Assembly (NCBI GenBank): GCA_963675245.1 | Contig: OY775910.1 | Span: 704,001 to 768,000 of the forward strand | Reading direction: 5' to 3' | DNA: 64,000 bases | Source of the DNA: Acholeplasmataceae bacterium | GTDB lineage: Bacteria; Bacillota_I; Bacilli_A; Acholeplasmatales; Acholeplasmataceae | Shown: positions 1 through 10,304 of the stretch, piece by piece | How the letters are laid out: every line of letters begins with the position of its first letter | How positions within the stretch are numbered: position 1 is the first letter of the stretch | Position numbers and translations under genes: made by a program | The notes under the pieces: generated by a model | Database searches by the model: none | Told to the model about the DNA's origin: nothing | The model's input: only the letters and a program-made list of their open reading frames with translations

Positions 1-3000
1 GCTGAAGGTGATTATCTGGTTGCTGATGTTACAAGACCTGCAATCGGGGAACCTGATGTTGATGTAACATTAACAGCCTCTATTACCTATAATGGCACAG
101 TATTCACTAGAACAGTTGTATACACAGTATTGGCATACCAACCATCTACAACACTAGCTTCGGTTGCAGACGTTTATAATCAAGAAACAGGTTCATATGT
201 CAAATTAGAAGGTGTGACCATTGTTGGTAAAGCAGCAGTTGGATTCTTTGTTAGTGATGGGACAACAGTCATGTATGTATATACTGGCGCTGATGATGAA
301 GACTTAACAAACGCTACAGTTGGCGATGTCATTGATGTTGAAGGTGTTTATGATTTATATTTTGGTACACCAGAATTAGTTGATGAAGTAGGACAACCAA
401 TCGTTGTAACAGAAAATACAACAGCAACACAAATTCCATTAACTGGTGATGTCACAACTATTGCTGACTTATTAGAAGGTCGTGTTCAACCATCAGGTCA
501 ATTCCCAATGGAATTTGCATATGTTTCTTTAACAGTTAAAGTCATTGTTGATCCTTCGGATACATATAGTGGATCAAATTATAATACGTATTTAGTTCCA
601 GTTGATTATGAAGGAACAACAGTCGTTCAAACAGTAAGTAGTGATGGACATGCGATTTCGTATATTCCTGATGATTTACTTATTGTGTACTATGGTTCAA
701 ATAAAGCAGCAGTAGAAGCGTTGGATGGGAAGATTATTACACTTAATGCATTACTTTATGGTTATCGTAGTGATAGATACATTTGGTATGTTTACTTCTT
801 AGAAACATCTAATGACATTACTGTTCATTTGACAGACGAAGAATCAGTTGCATTAGCTAAAGAAAATGTTTCTGGTGAATTCTCCCAAACGTTCTATGAA
901 GGATCTACATTAACATTCCCAGAAACACTTTATGATGCATCCATTTCATATACATCAAGTAATGATGCAATCATCAATCCAGCAACTGGTGCGGTTAATA
1001 TCCCTTCACCTGGTCAAACGGTTACAATTACAGCTAATATCACAAAAGGAACTAATCCTGTTGTAACAGATTCAACAACGTTTGATATTTTCGTTGGTGT
1101 TCCTGAAATTAGCGACATTAATACAGTTACCACAGATGCAGTAGATGGTGACATCGTTCATGTATCTGGTGTTGTGACATCAGGTGAGTATTATGGTGGA
1201 TTTACAATTCAAGATGCTACGGGGGCTATCTTCATTTATGCAGGCGGTAATGCAGATGTAATTGCATTCTTTAACACAAACATCGGTAATGAAGTCAGTG
1301 TATTAGGTGAATATGATATTAGATATGATTTAAGACAAATAAGAGTAGACAGTGACTTTGTAGTGCTTGTTGATGATGGTGCAGTGTTACCAACACCAGC
1401 AGAATTAGAAGGCGTCATGCTTGATTTAGATTCATTAGACACATATCAAAGCGAATTAGTTCACTTAACAAATATGTATGTATCTGATAAGTATGTCACA
1501 TATGGTGATACATATGTAGAACTAGTTAGAACAAATGACGGTGAACAAATCATCTTATCATATAACGATGGTGGTGCAGATCTTTCAACAGAGGCACAAG
1601 CATTGTTAGACTCGATTACAATTGGTGATTTATTAGAAATCACAACTGTTGTTGGTGTGGATTATGGTATTAAATTATTATACACGAATGAAACAATGGT
1701 TACAATTCAAACATTAACTGATGCTGATGCTGTTGGTGCAGCCATCTCAGCTGTCGAAGGATTCTTTGCTGATCGTTATACAGAAGCAGTTACACTTGAT
1801 TTATTAATGGATCCTGCAGGAACAGCAGTCACATATGAATCAGATAGTATGTACTTTGATGAAGCAACCGGTGCAGTTACAATGCCAGCATTATATCAAG
1901 AAATGGTTTCAGTTGACGTAACAGTGACTAAAGGAACTGATCCTGTAGAAACAGACACAACAACAGTAACATTCTATGTTGGTCAAGAAACTATTGAAGC
2001 TGTCAGAGCATATGCACTAGATACAGAAGTTACAGTTAGAGGTGTTGTGGTTGCCGAAGCAGACGGTACTTTCTATATTCAAGATCCAACAGCAGGTATT
2101 GCTGTTCGTCCAGCATTTGATGATGTTGCAGCATTGCATGGTTATGTAGGAGATCTTATAGAAGTATCTGGTGCCATTAAAGACTACTATGGTTTAATAC
2201 AAATTGGTGGTACAGTTACATTTGAACTTGTCAGTGATACTGCAACAGCAGAAGTTGCTACAGATATCTCAGCGTTTGATTGGGAAGACGACGTAGTTAT
2301 GGCAAATTACCAAGGTACATGGGCTACATTAAGCCAAATGTTAATTACAAGTATCTACACATCAGGTAGCGGTAATGTAACATTCTACCTTACAAGAGTT
2401 AGCGATGAAGCTGAGTTCAAATTATACAAAGATGTTGATATTGACTTCTCAACTGAACAACAAGCTGTCATGGACGGATTAGCAGTGAACGATGTTATTG
2501 ATGTAGAATCAGTTATTGGCTGGTATAATGGTGCACAATTCTTATACACTGAAGAATCTGTCATAGCTGAAGTTACTGCTGGAGATGCAGAATTACTCTA
2601 CATTGATGCCAATGCATTAGTATTACCTACAACAGCTACTGAAGCCGGTTTATTATTAGATCCTGATACACTTCCAGTTCTTGGTGATAATGGCTCTACA
2701 ATTGCATGGCAAACATCAGATGCAGCTATTATTGATGCTACTGGTTTAGTTGTTCTTCCTTCAGAAGCAGCCGATGTTACTTTAACAGCAACATTTACCT
2801 TAAATGGCGAAACTCCAATCGTTAAAGAATATGTTGTTTCAGTTGTAGGTTCAGTTGCAGTTGTTGTTTCAGACCTATTCATTTCAGAAGTACTAGACTG
2901 GGATGGTGGTACAAACAAAGCAGTTGAAATTTACAATGGTACTGGTGCAACAGTAAACCTGCTTGCATATAGTATTCAAACAAACTCTAACGCAAACATT

Positions 3001-3372
3001 ACTTGGACCTCAACTACTGCATTTCCAGATGTAGACTTACTTCCAGGAGAAACATTTGTTCTTGCTAATGTAGTAGAACCAGCATTAGTAGAACTCAGAG
3101 ATTTTATTTCAACAGTTAATTTTAATGGTAATGATGCAGTTGGGCTATTCAAAGATGGTGTTCTTATCGACATCTTTGGTGTATTTGGAGAAGACCCAAC
3201 CGCTACCGGATGGACAATCACTGGAGGAACAACTACAAACACCGCTGTTGTTAGAAATTCAGGTTTAACAAGCCCATATGTTAATGATAGTGGAACATAC
3301 CCAATGTGGGATCCTACTCAATGGACATCTTATGATGATGCAGCACATAGTTTAGGTACACATGTTAATTAA
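1..3372 (+). CDS. Large acidic surface protein (5'-truncated by window): repeated OB-fold and Ig-like modules plus C-terminal lamin-tail domain (LTD)
   Basis: Frame is open from base 1. Repeated OB-like motifs (e.g. VSGVVT..GFTIQDATGAIFIY; VRGVVVA..FYIQDPTAGIAV). Ig-like linkers (SIAWQTSDAAII..VTLTATF). LTD motif LFISEV..NKAVEIYNGTG..FNGNDAVGL. Confidence 0.75.
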   Translation, partial: AEGDYLVADVTRPAIGEPDVDVTLTASITYNGTVFTRTVVYTVLAYQPSTTLASVADVYNQETGSYVKLEGVTIVGKAAVGFFVSDGTTVMYVYTGADDEDLTNATVGDVIDVEGVYDLYFGTPELVDEVGQPIVVTENTTATQIPLTGDVTTIADLLEGRVQPSGQFPMEFAYVSLTVKVIVDPSDTYSGSNYNTYLVPVDYEGTTVVQTVSSDGHAISYIPDDLLIVYYGSNKAAVEALDGKIITLNALLYGYRSDRYIWYVYFLETSNDITVHLTDEESVALAKENVSGEFSQTFYEGSTLTFPETLYDASISYTSSNDAIINPATGAVNIPSPGQTVTITANITKGTNPVVTDSTTFDIFVGVPEISDINTVTTDAVDGDIVHVSGVVTSGEYYGGFTIQDATGAIFIYAGGNADVIAFFNTNIGNEVSVLGEYDIRYDLRQIRVDSDFVVLVDDGAVLPTPAELEGVMLDLDSLDTYQSELVHLTNMYVSDKYVTYGDTYVELVRTNDGEQIILSYNDGGADLSTEAQALLDSITIGDLLEITTVVGVDYGIKLLYTNETMVTIQTLTDADAVGAAISAVEGFFADRYTEAVTLDLLMDPAGTAVTYESDSMYFDEATGAVTMPALYQEMVSVDVTVTKGTDPVETDTTTVTFYVGQETIEAVRAYALDTEVTVRGVVVAEADGTFYIQDPTAGIAVRPAFDDVAALHGYVGDLIEVSGAIKDYYGLIQIGGTVTFELVSDTATAEVATDISAFDWEDDVVMANYQGTWATLSQMLITSIYTSGSGNVTFYLTRVSDEAEFKLYKDVDIDFSTEQQAVMDGLAVNDVIDVESVIGWYNGAQFLYTEESVIAEVTAGDAELLYIDANALVLPTTATEAGLLLDPDTLPVLGDNGSTIAWQTSDAAIIDATGLVVLPSEAADVTLTATFTLNGETPIVKEYVVSVVGSVAVVVSDLFISEVLDWDGGTNKAVEIYNGTGATVNLLAYSIQTNSNANITWTSTTAFPDVDLLPGETFVLANVVEPALVELRDFISTVNFNGNDAVGLFKDGVLIDIFGVFGEDPTATGWTITGGTTTNTAVVRNSGLTSPYVNDSGTYPMWDPTQWTSYDDAAHSLGTHVN

Positions 3373-3396
3373 GAACAACCAGATTTAACTAATTTT

Positions 3397-3430
3397 AAAG
3401 GACCAAATCAAAGCTGATTTGGTCCTTTTT
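3397..3430 (+). terminator. Rho-independent terminator
   Basis: aaaggaccaaatca-aagc-tgatttggtccttt stem followed by T tract. Confidence 0.85.
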
Positions 3431-3517
3431 AATTGCTATAATTAAGGAGTATTTCTTCATTTATAACATCTAAAATGTTATAATATGTTTGTAGGTTTTA
3501 TGATAAGGAGTTACATT

Positions 3518-5146
3518 ATGAAAAAAGTACTATTGGTTTTTACTTTGATATTATTACTTACTTTAGTTGCTTGTTCAGGCAGTCCCAGACTACCAGAATT
3601 AAGTGGACAAACTGAAGTTGAAGTTACTCAAACGTTGTCTGATTTAGATATTCAATTCAATATAATGTATATTGAAAGTAATACAATTGAGACAGGTTAT
3701 TTTATTTCTTATGACATTGTCAATGTTGGTGATCGTGTTGACAGTGAAACAGTAGTTATAGTTTATATTGCTGACAATGGTTACTTATTACCTGATTTAA
3801 CGGGTGAAACTGAAGCAGATGTAATTGCGACATTAGATGAACTTGGTATTACATATGAAATCTTATATGAACATAATTACTCTCTAAGTGATTATGCTTT
3901 TAGTCGTTATGAAATGTATAACGCAAACGAAAACGTGCCAAAAGATGAAACACTTCAAGTTTATATAACTTGGAATGGCTCTTTCCTTCCTGATTTAAGT
4001 AGTATGTATAGGAGTCAAATTGAAGCTGCTATGGCATATGATTTTATTCAAAACTATACATTCGAATATATAATAAATGATAACATGCCAGAAGATTTGT
4101 TTTCAAACTATGATGGATACGAGGCAGGCAGTCCAGCAGTGGAAGAGGGAATGATTACTATATATCTATATAAAAATACATTTACAAATAGTATGTCAGC
4201 TTTATTTATATCTAAATATCTAGATGGAGAAAATAACGATCGTGCCATTGAATTATATAATCCAACTGATCAAAGTATTGATTTATCATATTATCATCTA
4301 TCTATATTCACAAATGGTTCTTATGAAGAGACCTTTAGAATTGAATTGAGTGGTATGTTGACTGCACAAGAAACCTATTTAATTGTTTATGGTGGATCTA
4401 AACAAGAACTGTTGGATAAGGCAGATAATGTCAGCAATCGATTATTTTATGACGGGAATGATGTCATTCAATTAAGATATTCAAATGAAACATACATTGA
4501 TACCATTTATGCTTTAGGTGAAACACTATTTATTATGGAAGATGAACTATTTATACGAAACGAAGATACAGTAGTAGGCTCAAGAACATTCAACCTTAAC
4601 CAGTGGGATGCATATGTACCTGATTATTATGAAAGTTTTGATGATGGCATGTTTCCACTTGCAAAACCAGAATCATTTACGATTGATTCTGAGTATTTAC
4701 AAAATACATTCGGAAGTTTATTAGTAAGCGGCATGATCGAAGTGACACCATCTACTATCAATGATGGTGACACTATAGCATTTACACCAGGATTTACGCA
4801 GGACAAACGTGTTCGCTTCTTAGGTGTAGACACTCCCGAAACATACCCAATAATAGATCCGTGGGGATTAGAAGCGAAAGCATTCACAACAAGTGTGGTA
4901 GAAGCGGGTACAGTATTTTATCTTCAAAGTGATCCAGAATTAGGAACGAATGACACATATGGAAGAACACTTGCTTATGTTTGGGTTGATGGCGTCATGC
5001 TTAATTATGAATTAGTTAAAAATGGATATTCCTTTAATTACTTAAGTTCAGAATCCAGAATTATTTTTGAACACAGATACTTGTTTAGGTGGTTCCAAGA
5101 TGCTGAAAAGTATGCTTCAGAACATGAATTAGGTATTCATAGTTAA
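3518..5146 (+). CDS. Lipoprotein with about 3 PASTA-like repeats, LTD and C-terminal thermonuclease (SNase) domain
   Basis: RBS AAGGAG, lipobox LVAC, repeats LPELSG/LPDLTG/LPDLSS, LTD motif LFISKYLDG..RAIELYN, SNase motifs DGDT, VRFLGVDTPE, DTYGRTLAYV. Confidence 0.85.
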   Translation: MKKVLLVFTLILLLTLVACSGSPRLPELSGQTEVEVTQTLSDLDIQFNIMYIESNTIETGYFISYDIVNVGDRVDSETVVIVYIADNGYLLPDLTGETEADVIATLDELGITYEILYEHNYSLSDYAFSRYEMYNANENVPKDETLQVYITWNGSFLPDLSSMYRSQIEAAMAYDFIQNYTFEYIINDNMPEDLFSNYDGYEAGSPAVEEGMITIYLYKNTFTNSMSALFISKYLDGENNDRAIELYNPTDQSIDLSYYHLSIFTNGSYEETFRIELSGMLTAQETYLIVYGGSKQELLDKADNVSNRLFYDGNDVIQLRYSNETYIDTIYALGETLFIMEDELFIRNEDTVVGSRTFNLNQWDAYVPDYYESFDDGMFPLAKPESFTIDSEYLQNTFGSLLVSGMIEVTPSTINDGDTIAFTPGFTQDKRVRFLGVDTPETYPIIDPWGLEAKAFTTSVVEAGTVFYLQSDPELGTNDTYGRTLAYVWVDGVMLNYELVKNGYSFNYLSSESRIIFEHRYLFRWFQDAEKYASEHELGIHS

Positions 5147-5982
5147 TGAAGATTGTTGGTAGAGTTGCATATGCGATACTCGCTGTATTTGTTTTTTGGT
5201 TCGCGATTGATTATGCAAGAGGGAGAATGGAATTCAGATACTTTTCTGATAAAGGAGAAGAAGCCATCACTTTGGGTGATGATGCTTTCTTTTATGGGGG
5301 CGGTAGAGATTACAGTAATGAGACGATACTATTTGAAATCGATACCAATGGTTATCGTATTGCTATTTACGAAGTTGCTGATGCTACATTAACTGATGAT
5401 GCATTAAATGTAGAAACATATGTATATGGTCTTTTGTTTTCAGATGCTGATCTTGAAGATATATACGAAATCTCATTTGTTTCATCCACATCAACTATTC
5501 AAACAACCTTCGTTTTATTTCAACCATATTTAAATGTAGGCATGATGGTTAATGAAGATAGCAACCAGTATGGCATACTTTCTTCAAAACTTTTGGCGAA
5601 AAATTTTGACACAATAATATTAAGCGATGAAACAGGTAAAGAACTTGCAAATGTAGATTTTTCCATACAATCATCACAATTTATTTTGGAAAAAGAATTA
5701 AACACATTTTATAACGACAATCAGACACTGCCGCTTAATCAACTAACAAGTATTGGTATTTATCCAAGATTTACACATTCATTAGAACCTTATATGAACA
5801 TTTTATATTTATCATTGGGTGTTTATGTGGTTGCTGTAGCGTTCAGCTTTTATGTTTTGTTTGTGTTGAGAAAGAAATTTATGGGTAAAAAGAATCCTTC
5901 TGTTTATTTCAAGAAAGAACAATATAAATATAAAGAAACTGATGTAACAGAAAAATTAGAATCAAGGGAGGAAATAAAATGA
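5146..5982 (+). CDS. Hypothetical membrane protein (N- and C-terminal TM segments)
   Basis: 278-aa ORF; start overlaps the upstream stop (TAATG) and stop overlaps the galE start. Confidence 0.7.
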   Translation: MKIVGRVAYAILAVFVFWFAIDYARGRMEFRYFSDKGEEAITLGDDAFFYGGGRDYSNETILFEIDTNGYRIAIYEVADATLTDDALNVETYVYGLLFSDADLEDIYEISFVSSTSTIQTTFVLFQPYLNVGMMVNEDSNQYGILSSKLLAKNFDTIILSDETGKELANVDFSIQSSQFILEKELNTFYNDNQTLPLNQLTSIGIYPRFTHSLEPYMNILYLSLGVYVVAVAFSFYVLFVLRKKFMGKKNPSVYFKKEQYKYKETDVTEKLESREEIK

Positions 5983-6947
5983 ACGTATTAGTTGTCGGTG
6001 GTGCTGGATATATTGGAAGTCATACAGTCTATGAACTAATTAGAGCGAAACATAATGTAATTGTCTTTGATAATCTATCAACAGGACATAGAGCATTTGT
6101 TCCTGCGAAAGCTAAATTCTATGAAGGCGATATTACAGTAAAAGAAGATTTAAAAACAGTTTTCGAAAATGAAAAGATTGATGCTGTAATGCATTTTGCT
6201 GCTAAGATTGTTGTTCCTGAATCTGTCGAAAAGCCTTTGGAATATTATAAAAACAACGTTGAAGGTGTTCGTGTACTTTTAGAAGTTATGAATGACTTTA
6301 GTGTTAAGACATTTATTTTTTCATCAACTGCAGCCGTATATGGTGATGCCAAAGGTGTATGCAAAGAAACAGATATACCTGCACCAATTAATCCTTATGG
6401 AGAAACAAAGTTGGCCGTTGAAAGAATGGTAAAATGGACGGCTAAAGCATATGATATGCATTATGTTATTTTTAGATATTTCAATGTTGCTGGAGCAGAC
6501 AAAACATTAGAAATTGGATATAAAGTTGATAAACCTACACACCTTGTACCAATCGCAAATGAAGCAGCTTTAGGTATCAGAGATCACTTAGATATTTATG
6601 GAAATGACTATGATACTAAAGATGGCACATGTGTGAGAGATTTTGTACATGTCACGGATTTAGCACAAGCCCACGTTCTAGGTGTTGAATACTTAAGCCG
6701 TGGTGGTGAATCTCAAACGATCAACTTAGGATCAAATAATGGGTTCAGCAATCTAGAAGTAGTTAAAACCTTGGAAACGATTCATCCTGTAAAATATAGG
6801 TTTGCTAAAAGACGTGCGGGAGATCCTGCCATTTTGATTGCATCAAACGATCGTGCAAAAGAGATACTTGGTTGGGCACCAAAATTATCACTTGCTGATA
6901 TGATTAAATCTGATTTAGAATTTCATAAAAAGACACTTAATATGTAA
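5979..6947 (+). CDS. galE: UDP-glucose 4-epimerase
   Basis: GGAGYIGSH, FSSTAAVYG, YGETK, RYFNVAG, RDFVHVTDLA. Confidence 0.95.
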   Translation: MNVLVVGGAGYIGSHTVYELIRAKHNVIVFDNLSTGHRAFVPAKAKFYEGDITVKEDLKTVFENEKIDAVMHFAAKIVVPESVEKPLEYYKNNVEGVRVLLEVMNDFSVKTFIFSSTAAVYGDAKGVCKETDIPAPINPYGETKLAVERMVKWTAKAYDMHYVIFRYFNVAGADKTLEIGYKVDKPTHLVPIANEAALGIRDHLDIYGNDYDTKDGTCVRDFVHVTDLAQAHVLGVEYLSRGGESQTINLGSNNGFSNLEVVKTLETIHPVKYRFAKRRAGDPAILIASNDRAKEILGWAPKLSLADMIKSDLEFHKKTLNM

Positions 6948-6954
6948 TTAAAAG

Positions 6955-6991
6955 AGATAGAAAGAGCGAGTAATAATCGCTTTTTCTATCT
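6955..6991 (+). terminator. Rho-independent terminator
   Basis: agatagaaagagcga...tcgctttttctatct inverted repeat. Confidence 0.7.
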
Positions 6992-7032
6992 AAATGTGTT
7001 ATACTATTCTAATCCGTTGAAAGGATGATTTG

Positions 7033-7992
7033 ATGGCGATTATTAACGATATAAAACAAAAAATAGAAATGTATGATACGATTATCATACACAGACATTC
7101 ACGACCGGATATGGATGCGATTGGAAGCCAATATGGGTTGAAATTATTACTCCAAGAAAACTATCCAAAAAAGCATATTTATGTGGTCGGTGATTGTAAT
7201 AAAATGTGTTATAAAGCAACTATGGATAACATTGGGGATATGGCTTACAAAGGCGCATTATCGGTTATTACGGATGTAGCTGTAAAGCATATGATTAGTG
7301 ATGAAAGATATACTCTAGCAAAAGAAACAATCATCATCGATCATCATAGAAATGATATGGATGTTGATCAAGTTTCTATTTTTTATAGAGATGCTGATTT
7401 TGCATCTGCAGCAGAGATGATTGTCGATATGGCAAAAAAACTTAATTGGAAAGTAAGCAAGGAAGCGGCAACATATTTATATGGTGGTATGGTAACAGAT
7501 ACAGGCAGATTTATGTTTTTAAATAATGCGAGTAAAACATTTGAGCTCGCTTCATATATCACATCGTTCGAACCCGATATTCAAGAATTCTATAATTACA
7601 TTTATACTGAACCTCTTAAGAAAAGACAAGTTAAAAATTTGTTTTCAACATTTGATGTAACAGAACATCAGGTTGCCTATAGAAAAAATAATAAGCAACT
7701 TGTTAAAGAATCGGGACTGGATTTCCAATCAGTCAGTAGAGGTATGATTAATCAAATGGCGGGAATTGAAGAAATACCGATCTGGTTAAGTTTTACAGAA
7801 GATGAAGAAAACGATGTTATCGTTGGTGAGTTTAGATCAAGAGGAATTACGATTGTTGATATCGCCAAAAATTATGGTGGCGGCGGACACAATAATGCAT
7901 GTGGCGCAAGTTTTAATGACTGGCATACAGTCGATCAAATCATAAAAGACTTCGATGAAAGGGCAAAGAAATATGAAAAGAATACTAGATAA
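7033..7992 (+). CDS. nrnA: DHH/DHHA1 oligoribonuclease / pAp phosphatase (paralog 1)
   Basis: HSRPDMDAIGS, IIDHH, TDTGRF, GGGGH motifs. Confidence 0.9.
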   Translation: MAIINDIKQKIEMYDTIIIHRHSRPDMDAIGSQYGLKLLLQENYPKKHIYVVGDCNKMCYKATMDNIGDMAYKGALSVITDVAVKHMISDERYTLAKETIIIDHHRNDMDVDQVSIFYRDADFASAAEMIVDMAKKLNWKVSKEAATYLYGGMVTDTGRFMFLNNASKTFELASYITSFEPDIQEFYNYIYTEPLKKRQVKNLFSTFDVTEHQVAYRKNNKQLVKESGLDFQSVSRGMINQMAGIEEIPIWLSFTEDEENDVIVGEFRSRGITIVDIAKNYGGGGHNNACGASFNDWHTVDQIIKDFDERAKKYEKNTR

Positions 7993-8911
7993 AATTAAAG
8001 CATATGATACGATTATCATTCACGGACATAAACGTCCTGATGGGGATTGTTATGGTTCACAGTTTGGATTGAAGGATATGATTAAACAAACATATAGACA
8101 TAAGAAGGTTTATGTTGTTGGTCAATCATCATCATATGTTGACTATGTTGGTCAAGTAGATATAATTGAAGATAATGTTTATGAAGGTGCGTTATCCATT
8201 GTTGTTGATACAGCGATTCAAGATCGTATTAGTGATCCAAGATATGTCAAAGGTAAAGAGATTATTAAAATTGATCACCACATTCCCGTTGAAGATTATG
8301 GTGATCTCATTTGGGTTGACACGACCTTTCCTTCGTGTGCACAAATGATTGCCTATTTTTACTACAAATTTAAGAACGAATTAAAGCTTTCTAAAGAAGG
8401 AGCAATCGCACTTTATACAGGGATTGTTACTGATACAGGAAGATTCAGATATCGTGGCGTTTCAAAATTGACACATCAACTTGCAGGGATTCTTCTAGAA
8501 AAAGGTGTTGACGTTGAATTCATTGACAGTCAATTATCAAAAGAATCATTACCGATGGTTGCATTAAAAGGGTATGTCTATACACATTATGTCACTGAAG
8601 GTGGATTCATATTTGTCAAAATGACAAGAGATGTGATCGAAGATCATCATGTGACAGACGAACAAGCAGCATCTGTTGTGAACGCGTTAGGTGGTATTGA
8701 TGGTTATCCGGTATGGGCACTCTTTATTGAGTATCCAAACGAAATTAGAATAAGACTCCGTTCATCTGGACCGACGATTAATGAACTAGCTAATCGTTAT
8801 GGTGGCGGAGGACATGCAAAAGCATCCGGTGCGAGACTTGAAAACTGGGATCAATTAGAGGCTTTTGTAAACGATGTGAATGAAGTGATAAACGAATGGA
8901 AGAACAATTAA
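7973..8911 (+). CDS. nrnA: DHH/DHHA1 oligoribonuclease / pAp phosphatase (paralog 2)
   Basis: HKRPDGDCYGS, KIDHH, TDTGRF, GGGGHAKASG motifs. Confidence 0.9.
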   Translation: MKRILDKIKAYDTIIIHGHKRPDGDCYGSQFGLKDMIKQTYRHKKVYVVGQSSSYVDYVGQVDIIEDNVYEGALSIVVDTAIQDRISDPRYVKGKEIIKIDHHIPVEDYGDLIWVDTTFPSCAQMIAYFYYKFKNELKLSKEGAIALYTGIVTDTGRFRYRGVSKLTHQLAGILLEKGVDVEFIDSQLSKESLPMVALKGYVYTHYVTEGGFIFVKMTRDVIEDHHVTDEQAASVVNALGGIDGYPVWALFIEYPNEIRIRLRSSGPTINELANRYGGGGHAKASGARLENWDQLEAFVNDVNEVINEWKNN

Positions 8912-9771
8912 TCGCGTCTTTATGTGAGGCAGTGTTGGTCGATACACCGATGCAACCACTTAAAGACATTGAAAGAAGTTTAACAAAAACATATAAAAAA
9001 GACATCTTCGTGCCTTTTGTAAAAACCATCAATCAATACAACTTAGTTGAACCTGGAGATAAGATTGCTGTTGGGGTATCTGGCGGAAAAGACAGTTTAT
9101 TATTAGCTAAACTTTTCCAGGAGTTAAAAAGACACAACAAAATTCCTTTTGATGTTGTCTTTCTTTCTATGGATCCAGGGTTTCATGAACGAAACAGAAA
9201 AATGCTTGAAGAAAACTGTGAAGCTTTAGGGATTCCCCTAGAGATTAGAGAATCTGAAATCTTTCATGTTGCAGGCAAATTAGCAAGCGATAATCCATGT
9301 TACTTATGTGCCAGAATGAGAAGAGGATTCTTATATAATGAAGCATTAACGTTAGGTTGTAATAAACTTGCCTTAGCGCATCATTTTGATGATGTGATTG
9401 AAACCACATTGCTCAATATGTTTTATGAAGGTCAATTCATGACGATGGTACCCAAAGTAAAAGCAAAAAACTTTGAAGGCATCGAATTGATTAGACCGTT
9501 AATGCAAGTCAAAGAAAAAGATATTATCAGATGGGTTAAATATAGTGGCATTCAAGCCATGAATTGTGGGTGCACAGTAGCAGCTAAAAAGACATCATCC
9601 AAAAGAAGAGAAATTAAAAAACTGATTGAGACATTACGAAAAGATAACCCACACGTTGATCAAATGATTTATACAAGTGCAACTAATGTGAATTTAGATG
9701 CGGTACTTGGTTATCGCACGAAAGATGAAAAATTTGATTATAATGATATTTATAAAGAGAGGAGCAAGTAA
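8896..9771 (+). CDS. ttcA: tRNA 2-thiocytidine biosynthesis TtcA-family protein
   Basis: PP-loop SGGKDS, CYLCARMRRG, LAHHFDD, IRPL, CGC. Confidence 0.85.
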   Translation: MEEQLIASLCEAVLVDTPMQPLKDIERSLTKTYKKDIFVPFVKTINQYNLVEPGDKIAVGVSGGKDSLLLAKLFQELKRHNKIPFDVVFLSMDPGFHERNRKMLEENCEALGIPLEIRESEIFHVAGKLASDNPCYLCARMRRGFLYNEALTLGCNKLALAHHFDDVIETTLLNMFYEGQFMTMVPKVKAKNFEGIELIRPLMQVKEKDIIRWVKYSGIQAMNCGCTVAAKKTSSKRREIKKLIETLRKDNPHVDQMIYTSATNVNLDAVLGYRTKDEKFDYNDIYKERSK

Positions 9772-9773
9772 TT

Positions 9774-10304
9774 ATGGCTTATATTAATGACTTGTCACTG
9801 AACTTTGAACAAATAGTATATATGATTTTCGTCCCTATTTTACTAACGTATATTTTCACAGGATTTGTTGGTCTAGAACGCCAGAATGTTGGTAAAGCAG
9901 CTGGTTTATCATCCCATGTTTTAGTTGGAATTGGTTCAGCAGGGATTGCGATTCTTCAACGCCTCATGTTTGAATATCAACTTGCAGAAGGATTTGCTAA
10001 TCCAGAAGGACAACGTATTATTGCTCAAGTAGTTACAGGGATTGGGTTTGTCGGTGCAGGTGCGATATTAAAAGATCGCGCACACATAAGAGGTATCACC
10101 ACTGCAGCAACCCTTTGGTTTTCAGCAATAGTGGGTATTGTTTTGGGTAGTGGTTATTTGATTTTAGGGTCCATATTAGGCATATTTATGGTCTCACTTA
10201 TTATGATCAGAGATATTTCGAGAGGATTCAATCCATTTAAACCACAAGTATTTAATCATAATGATAGGCTAGAACCAACAAGAGATGTCGAAGACGATGA
10301 ATGA
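9774..10304 (+). CDS. MgtC/SapB family membrane protein
   Basis: GLER..AAGLSSH, RIIAQVVTGIGFVGAGAI, GITTAATLW. Confidence 0.9.
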   Translation: MAYINDLSLNFEQIVYMIFVPILLTYIFTGFVGLERQNVGKAAGLSSHVLVGIGSAGIAILQRLMFEYQLAEGFANPEGQRIIAQVVTGIGFVGAGAILKDRAHIRGITTAATLWFSAIVGIVLGSGYLILGSILGIFMVSLIMIRDISRGFNPFKPQVFNHNDRLEPTRDVEDDE

